DNA of 57,339 nt from Pseudomonadota bacterium (GTDB lineage: Bacteria > Pseudomonadota > Gammaproteobacteria > Burkholderiales > Burkholderiaceae_B). Location: positions 1 to 57,339 of the forward strand of contig JAFAGQ010000205.1 in NCBI GenBank assembly GCA_023422555.1, read 5' to 3'. This document shows positions 55,908-57,339 of this stretch, piece after piece. The notes beneath the pieces were generated by a model. The model was given only the letters and a program-made list of their open reading frames with translations. It had not been told where the DNA came from and searched no databases. The position numbers were made by a program, and so were the translations under genes. Position 1 is the stretch's first letter, and each line of letters starts with the position of its first letter.

Positions 55908-56888
55908 TTAATCTAATTTTGATGCAAGTTCTTCGGCACCTTCGCGGTAGTAAATCATCAGCATCGATAGGTTCTTATGCCCAATCATCTTGGCCAAGTC
56001 CATAATATCCAGCTTCTTGGAAAGCCGAGTGATAGCTGTGGCGCGGGAGTCGTGGAATGTAAAGCCATCAAGGCCGGCATTGGCTCGCGTCTTGCGAAAC
56101 AGGCTATCCAACTGAGATTTGCTTAATTCAAACACAGTTGGTTTCTTACCGTTCACCTCGCGCAACCGCTCAATGATTCTCATGGCAGATTTCGATAGCG
56201 GTACCTCTCGGACGCCAGATCGTGTCTTTGACGTTCTCACCTTGGCAATCCTGCCCGTCAAATCATCCCACTCCAGCAGCAGTATTTCCTGCGCTCGCAT
56301 CGCAGTTTCGATGGCAAAGTGCAGAGCGGCAATAGCTCGCTGGGTGAGGGTGCTCAGGTCTGAGTCGTCAGAGTATCCAGCAACATAATCCAATTGTTCG
56401 ATTTCTTCATCAGTAATCAGACGTTCCCTTGGTGGGGGATTCTGTGGCTTTTTAACTCCACGCATTGGATTCGTGGTCAGCCAGCCCCAATCGTTGATGC
56501 AGACATTGAACACACTGGACAGCAGGGACCATTCCCTTAGCACTGTAGAGTCAGCCACTTCCTTAACTCGCTTGTCTCTCCAGTCTGCTATATCAGCTTT
56601 CGTTATGTCGCCGATCAGTTTGTCACATAATTGCTTATCGTTCTTCAGGAACGCATTGATTCTGATTTCGTCCCAGCGGCGGCCTTTTTTCTTTGGGCTC
56701 ACCTTTTTCATGTATTCCTTCAGCGCATCGCCGAAGTTGATCTTGTATGTGGGGGTTTCGATCAGACGAGTTTGGTCAGCAGCCCAGGCTACACACTCCC
56801 TCTTGGTGGGGAAGGTCGCGGACTTCCTTACGCCCTTGATAGACAATTGGACACGGAAGCCTTTCGCGGTTTTCTGGATGCTTGCCAT
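55908..56888 (-). CDS. int: Tyrosine recombinase (phage integrase)
   Basis: Intact catalytic set: TAMRAQE, SK, FHDSRA, IGH, YY. Confidence 0.96.
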   Translation of the reverse strand: MASIQKTAKGFRVQLSIKGVRKSATFPTKRECVAWAADQTRLIETPTYKINFGDALKEYMKKVSPKKKGRRWDEIRINAFLKNDKQLCDKLIGDITKADIADWRDKRVKEVADSTVLREWSLLSSVFNVCINDWGWLTTNPMRGVKKPQNPPPRERLITDEEIEQLDYVAGYSDDSDLSTLTQRAIAALHFAIETAMRAQEILLLEWDDLTGRIAKVRTSKTRSGVREVPLSKSAMRIIERLREVNGKKPTVFELSKSQLDSLFRKTRANAGLDGFTFHDSRATAITRLSKKLDIMDLAKMIGHKNLSMLMIYYREGAEELASKLD

Positions 56889-56891
56889 TTC

Positions 56892-56988
56892 GTGGGGAGT
56901 TGTGTGGGTAAGTTTTGGGGAGTTTTATTGAAATATGCTGATAATATAGCATCAATGAATTTCAATGTGTGCGCGTAAACCGTTGATT
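56892..56988. promoter_or_regulatory. att arm: GGGGAG-type repeats and an IHF consensus site
   Basis: GTGGGGAGT...TTTGGGGAGT repeats; minus-strand AATCAACGGTTTA (56976-56988) matches WATCAANNNNTTR. Confidence 0.6.
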
Positions 56989-57029
56989 TTGATAGTTATT
57001 GACTTTATTTTATCAACGGATTTCAATGC

Positions 57030-57047
57030 CGTGGTGCCGATAAGAGG
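57030..57047. repeat. att core, right copy
   Basis: Identical to 6515-6532. Confidence 0.95.
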
Positions 57048-57107
57048 AGTCGAACCTCCGACCTTCGCATTACGAATGCGCTGCTCTACCAACTGAGCTA
57101 TATCGGC
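57032..57107 (-). tRNA. tRNA-Thr(CGT)
   Basis: GCCGATATAGCTCAGTTGGTAGAGCAGCGCATTCGTAATGCGAAGGTCGGAGGTTCGACTCCTCTTATCGGCACCA, 76 nt with encoded CCA; extended -10 TGTTAGAAT upstream. Confidence 0.98.
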
Positions 57108-57233
57108 AGTCTTAGGAAGACGGAAATTCTAACATAAAATTTATTGGTGCTGGCCTGGGCGAATCATTTCGTTCAATTTTTGGCCGCAAGCCAGCGCGCC
57201 CGCCTTCCCGATGGAAGGCAGGTTAAGAATTTT

Positions 57234-57339
57234 TTAGTTTCGACGACGTGGGTGGCTGGGGCCTGTAGGCGCACGACCAGCAATATGACGGAAGGTAATG
57301 CGACCTTTGCTCAAATCATAAGGGGACATTTCCAGGGTA
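57234..57339 (-). CDS. infA: Translation initiation factor IF-1, 3' portion
   Basis: Manual translation [18 protein letters not shown]...RRRN*. Confidence 0.9.
   Translation of the reverse strand, partial: TLEMSPYDLSKGRITFRHIAGRAPTGPSHPRRRN

Larger units (their letters stand above)
6515..57047. mobile_element. Complete lambdoid siphovirus prophage integrated in tRNA-Thr(CGT)
   Basis: Identical 18-bp repeats at both ends; integrase, repressor, replication, head, long-tail and lysis modules all present. Confidence 0.96.

Overview
The window holds an apparently complete ~50.5 kb lambdoid siphovirus prophage (6515-57047) integrated into the 3' end of a tRNA-Thr(CGT) gene, with an 18-bp att core CGTGGTGCCGATAAGAGG at both ends. 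The host looks like a betaproteobacterium (Alcaligenaceae/Advenella-like; inferred from gene content). Left flank: MFS transporter, GST, a SoxB-like protein lacking its metal ligands, an NADP-dependent oxidoreductase and a small low-GC islet. Right flank: the tRNA and the 3' end of infA. The prophage has int and xis at opposite ends, an early-left operon (Erf, SSB, Gp157), triple OL/OR operators around a 4.3 kb cargo block (TA pair, DUF3800, envelope proteins), cI/cro, a ParB-like/SF2 helicase/TOPRIM primase replication module, head, tail and lysis genes, and right-end morons. The most unusual signals are non-coding. These are a tRNA-geometry cloverleaf with a ~130-nt arm, a dense block of multibranched structures in the early-left operon, a pseudoknotted ~190-nt element right after the primase, and a promoter-driven structured sRNA convergent on the DUF3800 gene. 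Also notable are a secreted Gly/Ser-rich protein paired with a 4-Cys hairpin protein, and a 22-bp duplication that splits a gene. Family names come from motif recognition by eye; no database searches or folding programs were run.
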